IMG/VR virus record: IMGVR_UViG_3300030399_000026
Direction: 5' to 3' (one strand)
DNA from: a virus
Length of the DNA: 47,825 bases
Within the stretch, counting starts at the first letter, position 1. Each line of letters starts with the position of its first letter. Under the pieces are notes generated by a model. It was not told the DNA's origin, did not search any database, and saw only the letters and a list, made by a program, of their open reading frames with translations. Shown in pieces: positions 7,763 through 14,146 of this stretch. The translations under genes were made by a program, and so were the position numbers.

Positions 7763-7963
7763 ATGACGCTAGATCGATGGTGCCACCACGTGAAACGGGC
7801 GCCCGTACACCACAAGGTGCTTACGGTAGTTGTGATGACTGCCGCATGGTACGGACTGGAGTACGTGTTGCACTTCGCTATGCTGGCGAAAGGGGTGGAG
7901 CTTTTTGGCATTGCTCCGGTTGTAACGCATGTTGCGGAAGAGTTTTTCTCGTCCGTTGAGTAA
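7763..7963 (+). CDS. Small membrane protein (66 aa)
   Basis: RBS ggagg plus 5 nt precedes ATG 7763. It has a hydrophobic segment, VLTVVVMTAAWYGLEYVLHFAML. Confidence 0.4.
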   Translation: MTLDRWCHHVKRAPVHHKVLTVVVMTAAWYGLEYVLHFAMLAKGVELFGIAPVVTHVAEEFFSSVE

Positions 7964-8026
7964 TACCAAAGAGCTTCGGGCGCTAGATACGCTTCAAGTT
8001 CTTTTCTACTTTAGAGGGGTGGCAAG

Positions 8027-8218
8027 ATGGATAGGTGGTGCGTCAAGACGAGTGAGATTTGCGATGGGGACGATGCTTTCGAGTCCGTCGATCAGGTAGA
8101 GGACAAGGACTTCCCGGAGCAACATTCGGAGGCAATCGTGTATGCGAGGTTTCAGGCCGAACGGGGATTGAAGGCAGTAGTGTTCCACAACGGGCAGTGG
8201 TATCAAACCTACGAATAG
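8027..8218 (+). CDS. Hypothetical acidic protein (63 aa)
   Basis: RBS gagggg plus 7 nt; clean ORF. Confidence 0.5.
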   Translation: MDRWCVKTSEICDGDDAFESVDQVEDKDFPEQHSEAIVYARFQAERGLKAVVFHNGQWYQTYE

Positions 8219-8227
8219 GGGGTTGTG

Positions 8228-8332
8228 ATGGAATCGTTGATTGCAGTGTATGCGGCATGGGAAGCGGCGGTGGTGCTGGGCGGGCTGGTAACGCTGATGG
8301 TGTTGGTGAATTTCTTAGGGGAAGGGGACTGA
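8228..8332 (+). CDS. Tiny hydrophobic peptide (34 aa)
   Basis: Hand translation gives MESLIAVYAAWEAAVVLGGLVTLMVLVNFLGEGD. The stop codon lies 4 nt before hammerhead 1, the same spacing seen at the other two ribozymes. Confidence 0.35.
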   Translation: MESLIAVYAAWEAAVVLGGLVTLMVLVNFLGEGD

Positions 8333-8336
8333 ATCA

Positions 8337-8391
8337 GGTCGAAACCCCGGCATGTTCGGGGTAAGCACGTAATGCGTGCTCTGATGAGACC
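8337..8391 (+). ncRNA. Type II hammerhead ribozyme 1 (predicted cleavage after A8363)
   Basis: Layout is ggtc-GAAA-[ccccg/gcatgtt/cgggg, closed by A8344-T8362]-gTA-[agcacg/taatg/cgtgct]-CTGATGA-gacc. All invariant core nucleotides are present. The flanking ggtc/gacc form the open stem II. Confidence 0.85.
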
Positions 8392-8405
8392 AATTGGGAG
8401 GATGT

Positions 8406-8744
8406 ATGAAAGCGATGGTTAATGTAGGGCTGCTCCGTGCGGGTGGCGGGTATGTGAGCGTGCAGGATATTCTCGCAACGTTCAAGGCGAACCGGATTGA
8501 AGTAGAGCGGTATGAGGTGAGGCTTATCCAGCCTTCACTGGAAGGAGAGGATACGTTTGTAGCAGAGGTGAACTTTCCGCTTGCCAACAATTACCGCGCA
8601 GTCTACGCGGCAAGCGTGGCATTGGGACAGGACTGTATCGCCGTGTTGTGGCCGTTCGGCGGGGAATTGATCGGCCCCAAAGCTGCCGAATGGGGCGACT
8701 TCCGGGAAGAATACTTTCACCGTCTGGAGGTGGAACATGTTTGA
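8406..8744 (+). CDS. Hypothetical protein (112 aa)
   Basis: RBS gggagg plus 4 nt precedes ATG 8406, 15 nt after hammerhead 1. Confidence 0.6.
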   Translation: MKAMVNVGLLRAGGGYVSVQDILATFKANRIEVERYEVRLIQPSLEGEDTFVAEVNFPLANNYRAVYAASVALGQDCIAVLWPFGGELIGPKAAEWGDFREEYFHRLEVEHV

Positions 8745-8829
8745 GATTGCCCTGTCTACGCTGATCGTGTTCGGCGCCATCCCCCTCTCTATGTGGAGTC
8801 TGAACCACCCAACCAAGGTGTCGAAGTAA
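8737..8829 (+). CDS. Tiny hydrophobic peptide (30 aa)
   Basis: Hand translation gives MFEIALSTLIVFGAIPLSMWSLNHPTKVSK. RBS is ggaggtgg. It overlaps the upstream stop, and its own stop lies 4 nt before hammerhead 2. Confidence 0.35.
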   Translation: MFEIALSTLIVFGAIPLSMWSLNHPTKVSK

Positions 8830-8833
8830 ACAA

Positions 8834-8898
8834 GGTCGAAACGCCGTGTCAGGTGCACGCCTGCGGCGTATTAGGGTATCGCCCTAACTGATGAGACC
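8834..8898 (+). ncRNA. Type II hammerhead ribozyme 2 (predicted cleavage after A8870)
   Basis: Layout is ggtc-GAAA-[cgccg...cggcg extended arm, closed by A8841-T8869]-gTA-[ttaggg/tatcg/ccctaa]-CTGATGA-gacc. Stem II may extend through aaacaa (about 8827-8832) pairing with ttgttt (8902-8907). Confidence 0.85.
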
Positions 8899-8917
8899 AG
8901 ATTGTTTCACGTGGAAC

Positions 8918-9112
8918 ATGGAGGCTGTGATGAAACAGTGGGGTGTTAAATTGAAGAACGAGCAGGGCGTGGAGTTTGCCTACTACTGCGACGCCGATAC
9001 GGAGTCGGGCGCGGTAGCGCAAGCGCTGGCAGAGTATGCAAACTGTGAGGTCGTCCTCACGCGCGACCTCGGCATGCTGGAATCGGGCAGCTACTACCAC
9101 AGGTTCATCTGA
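8918..9112 (+). CDS. Hypothetical protein (64 aa; alternative start 8930)
   Basis: In-frame ATGs at 8918 and 8930 (ggaggctgtgATG). Product includes MKQWGVKLKNEQGVEFAYYCDADTESGAV. Confidence 0.55.
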   Translation: MEAVMKQWGVKLKNEQGVEFAYYCDADTESGAVAQALAEYANCEVVLTRDLGMLESGSYYHRFI

Positions 9113-9282
9113 TGCGCGCCCTCACGATCAAGCCGCTACTGGTCTTTATCGCGGCGGTAGTGTCCTTGCACTTTGCGTGGGATATCTACCAAGACCTACC
9201 AAGTGTGACCGGATTTGTCGATCACACGTTTTCGTGTCATACGGGCGCGGTGCATGGCACCGTCCGTAATCCATTCGTTTGA
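9112..9282 (+). CDS. Small membrane or secreted protein (56 aa)
   Basis: TGATG overlap with the upstream gene. Hand translation gives MRALTIKPLLVFIAAVVSLHFAWDIYQDL... with a hydrophobic N-terminus. Confidence 0.4.
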   Translation: MRALTIKPLLVFIAAVVSLHFAWDIYQDLPSVTGFVDHTFSCHTGAVHGTVRNPFV

Positions 9283-9290
9283 GGTGAGAG

Positions 9291-9581
9291 ATGAGACAGA
9301 TAGGTAGAGACGTTGTGCAGGCGTTGAAAGAGCGCCGGTCGTTTCGCAAGGGTAATACGGAGGTCGCACGTGCCGACATATATACGGACGTGTACCTATT
9401 CGGCAATCGCATTGCCCGATACTTCGACACGGGGGATTTTGAGATTAATCTCCAGACGTTGCGGGAGTGGCCTACGCCGACTACCGCGTCACGGTTGAAT
9501 GACATTCTTCGCGGGCTCCAGCGCAACGATTACGTGTCTGTGCGTCGTGGCGGACCCTTCATTAACAACATTCGGATTTAA
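9291..9581 (+). CDS. Hypothetical protein (96 aa)
   Basis: RBS gaggtgagag precedes the ATG; clean ORF. Confidence 0.6.
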   Translation: MRQIGRDVVQALKERRSFRKGNTEVARADIYTDVYLFGNRIARYFDTGDFEINLQTLREWPTPTTASRLNDILRGLQRNDYVSVRRGGPFINNIRI

Positions 9582-9592
9582 GGAGGTTTCAC

Positions 9593-9763
9593 GTGGAACA
9601 TTTTCTCGCCTTTCTAGGCGCCTTAGCTGGTGTCTATCTCCTCTACCGTGCAGTCGAATCGCTTCTGGCCTTGCGCCGCCTAGGGCGATATTACTTCTGG
9701 GACGCCATCCGCTTGTGGGGGATTGTCGCCGTCATTGCACTCGCATTCGTGCACAACGCTTGA
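9593..9763 (+). CDS. Small two-TM membrane protein (56 aa, GTG start)
   Basis: RBS aaggagg plus 5 nt precedes GTG 9593. Product is EHFLAFLGALAGVYLLYRAVESLLALRRLGRYYFWDAIRLWGIVAVIALAFVHNA. The stop lies 3 nt before hammerhead 3. Confidence 0.4.
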   Translation: MEHFLAFLGALAGVYLLYRAVESLLALRRLGRYYFWDAIRLWGIVAVIALAFVHNA

Positions 9764-9766
9764 CCT

Positions 9767-9823
9767 GTCGAAACCCGGCGCCTAGCAAGCCGGGTAGTGG
9801 CGAGATACGCCACCTGATGAGAC
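9767..9823 (+). ncRNA. Type II hammerhead ribozyme 3 (predicted cleavage after A9796)
   Basis: Layout is gtc-GAAA-[cccggc/gcctagcaa/gccggg, closed by A9773-T9795]-gTA-[gtggcg/agata/cgccac]-CTGATGA-gac. The core is intact, but only 3 contiguous stem II pairs are visible. Confidence 0.75.
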
Positions 9824-9843
9824 TCACTTGCAAGGAGGTCGCA

Positions 9844-10020
9844 ATGGGAGTCCGTAAACCCGTTCGCACGCGTCGCAGTGTCCCATTGCGCCCGTCGAAT
9901 CGCAGCTATACCACGGTGCAGAGTAAGCCCGTGTTGGTAATCCCCCGGAGGTACTTTGGCACGGTGTCGGAGTATGTTGCGGAATTCGAAGATACTAACC
10001 ATCTTAAGAGGACTGTATGA
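9844..10020 (+). CDS. Small basic protein (58 aa)
   Basis: RBS aaggagg plus 5 nt precedes ATG 9844, 21 nt after hammerhead 3. Confidence 0.5.
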   Translation: MGVRKPVRTRRSVPLRPSNRSYTTVQSKPVLVIPRRYFGTVSEYVAEFEDTNHLKRTV

Positions 10021-10157
10021 CAACAGCACAACTGGAACGGATTGTTTTCACCTCGTCGACGGACTTCGCATGTCGGGATGAGGGGGGGTATGACTTGGAT
10101 ATTGACGGGCTCGATTGGGACCGCGTCAATGAACTGAGTTTCGAAGGGGAGGAATGA
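10017..10157 (+). CDS. Acidic 46-aa protein
   Basis: ATGA overlap with the upstream gene. Hand translation gives MTTAQLERIVFTSSTDFACRDEGGYDLDIDGLDWDRVNELSFEGEE. Confidence 0.4.
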   Translation: MTTAQLERIVFTSSTDFACRDEGGYDLDIDGLDWDRVNELSFEGEE

Positions 10158-10159
10158 AC

Positions 10160-10375
10160 ATGGCCCATGCAGGTAACGGCGGCATCCAACGCCACTCCCT
10201 AGGCGACGACTACCCATTCACGGTAGTGGGAACCATCCGCGACGGGGAGACGCGGTATTACGTGCAGAACCTCATCACGGGGGACTTGTATCACAAGGTC
10301 AATCCGTTTCTCACTAGCGAAACCGCGCACGAAGAGTGCCGATTCATCAAGGAGTTTTACGACCATGAGCAATAA
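10160..10375 (+). CDS. Hypothetical protein (71 aa)
   Basis: RBS gaaggggagg plus 7 nt precedes ATG 10160. Confidence 0.55.
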   Translation: MAHAGNGGIQRHSLGDDYPFTVVGTIRDGETRYYVQNLITGDLYHKVNPFLTSETAHEECRFIKEFYDHEQ

Positions 10376-10544
10376 CATCAAAGTCAACTTGGCCTTCACC
10401 CTCGACGAAGCGCGGGAGCTTCACCAACTCCTGCACGATATCGTCACCGACAACAAGCAGGCTCTGCCCATCGACCGCCACCTGCATGAGGCCATTGCAG
10501 CGCAACTCGCTGACGCAGGCATTGTTCCACGTGAAACATCGTAG
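10365..10544 (+). CDS. Hypothetical protein (59 aa)
   Basis: RBS aaggag lies upstream. Hand translation gives MSNNIKVNLAFTLDEARELHQLLHDIV.... The 3' end carries one copy of the GTTCCACGTGAAAC motif. Confidence 0.45.
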   Translation: MSNNIKVNLAFTLDEARELHQLLHDIVTDNKQALPIDRHLHEAIAAQLADAGIVPRETS

Positions 10545-10645
10545 GCTTCAAATGGATAACCCCTGCATCAAGACTGGCGTCGCACTAACTCCTCTTCAGT
10601 ACCAATGTCGTGGACTACGCCTCACGGCGAACTAAAGGAGCAACA

Positions 10646-11320
10646 ATGGACCAACTAATCACCTCATCGACAGTGTGGCGTGCTGTCGATCAAATCGCCG
10701 CAGAGGCCCGTGCACGGACTTTGTCGGACGACCCTTCCAACTACCTCAACCGGCGAGAGTATGGCTTCGTCCTCGACTCCAAGAGCGGCGCCATCCTGTC
10801 CCGCGTACAGGGCGACACGAAGACGGTTAATTTCGAATGCGCTGCTCACCTCATCCCCGGCAACGTAGTCGTCCACTCGCACCCGAACGCCACCCCCCTG
10901 TCGCCGGAAGACATCACCATCGCCACAGGCAACGGCGACAACATTGGCGAATCCATCGTCTTCGCTGTCTCCATCGACGGTTCCCTCTTCTGGTCCGGTG
11001 GATGGAACAAGAAAAAGCTGCGTGGCCCCAGCGATGTCGCTTCCCTCTGGGAGAACATAGTCGCAAAGTGGGGCAAAGCCCTCGCCGATAGGCTGTATTC
11101 CCCCTCCGACATCCGCATGGCGCGGATTGATCCCTCCTTCCAACCCCTCTCCCCAGAAGGCATCACCCTGGACGACATCCTTGCCTTCTCCCTTCACCAC
11201 TTCTGGAAAGACTTCGCCAAGCGCGACCTCCTGACCTACGGCTACCGCCTGACACCAGAGTTCGAGGAGAGGTATGAACTCGTCCGCAATGCCGCCTTTC
11301 GAGTAGGAGCACCTTTATGA
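10646..11320 (+). CDS. JAB/MPN (JAMM) domain protein, RadC-like metalloprotease fold (224 aa)
   Basis: RBS aaaggag precedes the ATG. The motif VVHSHPNATPLSPEDI is an H-x-H-P...S-x-x-D arrangement, one residue shorter than the classic spacing. An upstream Glu lies in REYGFVLD, which fits the E...HxH...S..D JAMM signature. Confidence 0.65.
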   Translation: MDQLITSSTVWRAVDQIAAEARARTLSDDPSNYLNRREYGFVLDSKSGAILSRVQGDTKTVNFECAAHLIPGNVVVHSHPNATPLSPEDITIATGNGDNIGESIVFAVSIDGSLFWSGGWNKKKLRGPSDVASLWENIVAKWGKALADRLYSPSDIRMARIDPSFQPLSPEGITLDDILAFSLHHFWKDFAKRDLLTYGYRLTPEFEERYELVRNAAFRVGAPL

Positions 11321-11490
11321 AAGCCGGAAAAGCACACAATGCCGCCGCCTATCTCCTCGCCCATGGGAGTCCCTTCGAGCGCCATCTAGCAGAAGCGTGG
11401 TATGCGGGCGGGGAAGTTAATCGTCGAAGACTAGTGAATGCCTTCCCCGACCTTTTCCTGAGGGCACTTCCTTTGATAGGAGATATCTAA
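11317..11490 (+). CDS. Hypothetical protein (57 aa)
   Basis: ATGA overlap with the JAB gene; found by hand translation. Confidence 0.45.
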   Translation: MKAGKAHNAAAYLLAHGSPFERHLAEAWYAGGEVNRRRLVNAFPDLFLRALPLIGDI

Positions 11491-11663
11491 TGGGCTGGCT
11501 GATTGGATTGTTTGCGTCTATCGGGTTCCTGTCGAGCCTGTATGTGATCGACCGGAATACCGACCCGCTACCGGCCTGGGCCGTGCTCCTGACTGTCTCG
11601 GTACTGGGGCTGGCTTGGATAGGCGTGGCAGGGCTGGCAATGGCCGCGCTGGAGGTGTTGTGA
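11490..11663 (+). CDS. Small two-TM membrane protein (57 aa)
   Basis: TAATG overlap with the upstream gene. Product is MGWLIGLFASIGFLSSLYVIDRNTDPLPAWAVLLTVSVLGLAWIGVAGLAMAALEVL. Confidence 0.45.
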   Translation: MGWLIGLFASIGFLSSLYVIDRNTDPLPAWAVLLTVSVLGLAWIGVAGLAMAALEVL

Positions 11664-11670
11664 GGGAAGA

Positions 11671-11693
11671 AGGGGGTGATCCCCCCTCTTTTC
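11671..11693 (+). terminator. Intrinsic terminator ending the early gene block
   Basis: A GGGGG-tgat-CCCCC hairpin is followed by tcttttc, directly after the last early ORF. Confidence 0.55.
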
Positions 11694-11737
11694 GAGGTGA
11701 AAAATGAAATTTCTAAAATGCACCTTGCGCACAGTCA

Positions 11738-11914
11738 GTACAAGAGTACAAGAATACAAGTTTGGAGAAAAAGGCAGAAATCGCGAAAAAGAAAAAAGTA
11801 AGTAAGGGGGGATATTAAAAAAAAAAAAATAAATAACCTACCTTCTACACTTTTTTTTCCTTTCCAAAATCTGTCGCAATTTGCTCAAACTTGTATTCTT
11901 GTATCCTCGTATCC
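11738..11914. repeat. Inverted iteron arms flanking an AT-rich spacer (candidate origin or operator)
   Basis: The left arm is gtacaaga-gtacaaga-atacaag-tttg (11738-11764). The right arm, caaacttgtattcttgta... (11886-11903), is an 18-bp perfect inverted copy of 11747-11764. The 121-bp spacer contains A13 (11817-11829) and T8 (11851-11858). Confidence 0.6.
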
Positions 11915-12009
11915 AGCGTTGAACGCGTGCGCATGTTCGACAGCTAAAATCAATTACCAAAGTGCCTGAAGTACGTGCATAATACGAGTTCGCACCACGG
12001 AGACCCAAA

Positions 12010-12453
12010 TTGACATCCCGAACCCCTCAACCACTGAACCGTTTCCCTGCCATCGACTTCGAAGTCCTGAACCGCGTGGCCGAAACCGGGCGCCTGGACA
12101 TCACATTCCAGACCCCCAATATGGCAATGAACACGAAGTTCCGGCTCCTGCGTCTCATCAAGTCGCTCGAATTCTACAAACCCGCCGACCCCCTGACGCA
12201 AGTTGCCGTTCTCTTCACCATCAAAATCGATGCCAAGCGCGGCGCCATGACAATCCTACGCAAGGACCAATCGCCCGAACGTAATGCCATGCGCGCGGCC
12301 CTCGATGCTGCCCCCGGTGCTATCGCCTCCTCCGACATCAACGAAGCTGAAGACGCTGGCATGGACCTCGCTATCGAGCAGATGAAGCAGAACGGACAAC
12401 TCATCCTCGTCAACGGCGAGTGGTGCCACAACCCGGACTGGGTGGCAGAATGA
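12010..12453 (+). CDS. Hypothetical protein (147 aa, TTG start; alternative ATG at 12121)
   Basis: The frame is protein-like from the TTG start (IDFEVLNRVAETGRLDITF). RBS is ggag plus 8 nt. Confidence 0.5.
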   Translation: MTSRTPQPLNRFPAIDFEVLNRVAETGRLDITFQTPNMAMNTKFRLLRLIKSLEFYKPADPLTQVAVLFTIKIDAKRGAMTILRKDQSPERNAMRAALDAAPGAIASSDINEAEDAGMDLAIEQMKQNGQLILVNGEWCHNPDWVAE

Positions 12454-12617
12454 TTACCCTTACCATAACCGAAGACGAAGCGGCGGCACTCATCACTGCT
12501 CTCTACCTGTCTGACGCCGTAGCAAAGTTCCGCCCTTACGCTGAGTTGCGTCAAACCTTCCTCTTGCAATCGCAGGATGTAGACTCAGTTAAAAGGCACC
12601 TGGAAAGTCTTCTCTAA
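12450..12617 (+). CDS. Hypothetical protein (55 aa)
   Basis: ATGA overlap with the upstream gene. Confidence 0.45.
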   Translation: MITLTITEDEAAALITALYLSDAVAKFRPYAELRQTFLLQSQDVDSVKRHLESLL

Positions 12618-12658
12618 GCATCACCCACCGTAGTCCCACCTATTAGTTAGGAGTAAGC

Positions 12659-13144
12659 ATGACCACGAAGCAAAGCAAAGTAGCAATCGAATCCACCATC
12701 GAAGAGAATGGGGACATCTTCCACGCCCTCACCTTCTCGAACGGCGCGAAGTCCGTTGTCCATATCAAGCATGATTCGCCCTTGATCGGCAAGTTCGTCG
12801 AGCACGGCTCGAAGTCCAAGCTCCTCGCTGCCGCCAACTCGGCCAAGGATGTCGAGGACGCCACCCTCAAGGTCGCCGCCATCGCTACGGCCTTCAAGGA
12901 AGGCAAGTGGAGCCTCGTCAATGAGTCGACGGAACCGAAGGTTGGCATTCTGGCGCAAGCCCTCGCCGCGTTGAAGGGCTGCTCGCTTGAAGAAGCTCAG
13001 GCGTTCGTTGCTACGCAAGACCGCGCAGCGCAAGCCAAGCTGCGTGCTGCCCCCCTCGTTGCCGCGAAGATTGTGGAACTTAACAAGGGCGTTGCTGTCG
13101 AAGAAGAAGTAAGCGATGCCCTCTCTGGCTTCCTTGGAGTCTAA
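12659..13144 (+). CDS. Hypothetical protein (161 aa)
   Basis: RBS aggag plus 5 nt; clean Ala/Lys-rich ORF. Confidence 0.65.
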   Translation: MTTKQSKVAIESTIEENGDIFHALTFSNGAKSVVHIKHDSPLIGKFVEHGSKSKLLAAANSAKDVEDATLKVAAIATAFKEGKWSLVNESTEPKVGILAQALAALKGCSLEEAQAFVATQDRAAQAKLRAAPLVAAKIVELNKGVAVEEEVSDALSGFLGV

Positions 13145-13147
13145 CCT

Positions 13148-13537
13148 ATGAACCTGTCCCTGGAACCCGATGAACTGCGCGCCGTCCTCAATGCCTGTGG
13201 CGTAGCTGTCACCGCGATTCAGGGACCGGCGCAAAACGCCCGACAACGCGACTTCCAACATGCGGTCGCAGACAACCTCGGCGCCTTCACCTCCGCTAGT
13301 CGGAAGTTGTCGGCCCTAGCTAAGAAAATGGAGCAAGGAATGGTAAGACCTTTGAGCGATAAGATTTACGTCCACGCTGCCCTCACGCCAGAAGCGCATC
13401 GTGCTCTGCACGAGACCCTCGCCCACCGCTTCAATGGCAAGGTGCCTACTGGTGCTATCGGCACTTACTTGTCGGAGTTGATCCTTAGCGATGCCGCAGA
13501 AGTTTGCGCGGATACTCTGGCCAAGGAGGACCTGTGA
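13148..13537 (+). CDS. Hypothetical protein (129 aa)
   Basis: RBS ggag plus 8 nt. Confidence 0.6.
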   Translation: MNLSLEPDELRAVLNACGVAVTAIQGPAQNARQRDFQHAVADNLGAFTSASRKLSALAKKMEQGMVRPLSDKIYVHAALTPEAHRALHETLAHRFNGKVPTGAIGTYLSELILSDAAEVCADTLAKEDL

Positions 13538-13785
13538 GCACCGACCGCAAAGACAAACTCCTCGCGGCCCTCAACGAAGCGCTCCTCGCTAACCACCTCG
13601 ATGGCGTGGGCGTGGCAATCGTGGTGGCCGACGACGAAGGGTGCCGTACCATCATCGGCAAGCGCGGCAACGCCACCAACGCCCTGATGGACTCGGCCTT
13701 AGTCTGCCTCACCGGTTCGTGGTGGCAAGTAGCCTACGAGTCGAACGGGACCGTCGAGACCATTGAGGGAGAAGTCAAGCACTAA
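13534..13785 (+). CDS. Hypothetical protein (83 aa, GTG start)
   Basis: RBS aaggagg is followed by GTGA overlapping the upstream stop. Confidence 0.5.
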   Translation: MSTDRKDKLLAALNEALLANHLDGVGVAIVVADDEGCRTIIGKRGNATNALMDSALVCLTGSWWQVAYESNGTVETIEGEVKH

Positions 13786-14146
13786 CCGTCTAAGGGGAGG
13801 CGTCGGACTCAAAGTTTCCTTAGCACGTGTGTCAGGAGACCACCGTCCCGCTAACCTCCCCGCCTATCACACCCTCGGTAGCATGCGGCGTGACGACGCA
13901 TGGCAGGGTTGCAAAGGGGAAGCCGATACCCTAGCCTCAAGCTGTCACGAGTTGAGAGGGCGAGCCGTGTCAACCACAGTCCCTGTAAAAGTCCGAGAGT
14001 TGGCGGAGATGCTCTAGCAGACAGTGAAGTCACCCCTAGTGGGTTTCAATAACGGCAATTAGGCTTCGGCCAGGATGCTAGGAGGGTGGAACGCCTACCT
14101 AGCGCCGTCATTCAAGCCCAGTAGTCTAACCAAGTAAGGAGTAGAG
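13786..14146 (+). other. 361-nt ORF-free, helix-rich gap A (candidate structured RNA or regulatory region)
   Basis: No RBS-supported ORF. Nested helices are GGGGAGG (13794)/CCTCCCC (13855), GGAC (13805)/GTCC (13846) and TTTCCT/AGGAGA. A hairpin CATGCG-gcgtgacga-CGCATG is also present. The region shares the blocks CGGACTC, AACCTCCCC, GTGACGACGC and TACCCTAGC with gap B. Confidence 0.4.

Noticed and set aside
7573-7959. The 128-aa ORF (+) and the 7567-7911 ORF (-) as early genes.
   Set aside because: Their W/C/R/H-rich compositions look spurious. The same DNA is better explained by a 40-aa acidic ORF (7569-7691) and an RBS-led 66-aa membrane ORF (7763-7963).
13888-13899. GUGACGA in gaps A and B as a variant hammerhead CUGANGA core.
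   Set aside because: Position 3 is G instead of the C that pairs with G8. The following base is not G10.1, and there is no correctly placed GAAA or cleavage triplet arrangement around it.
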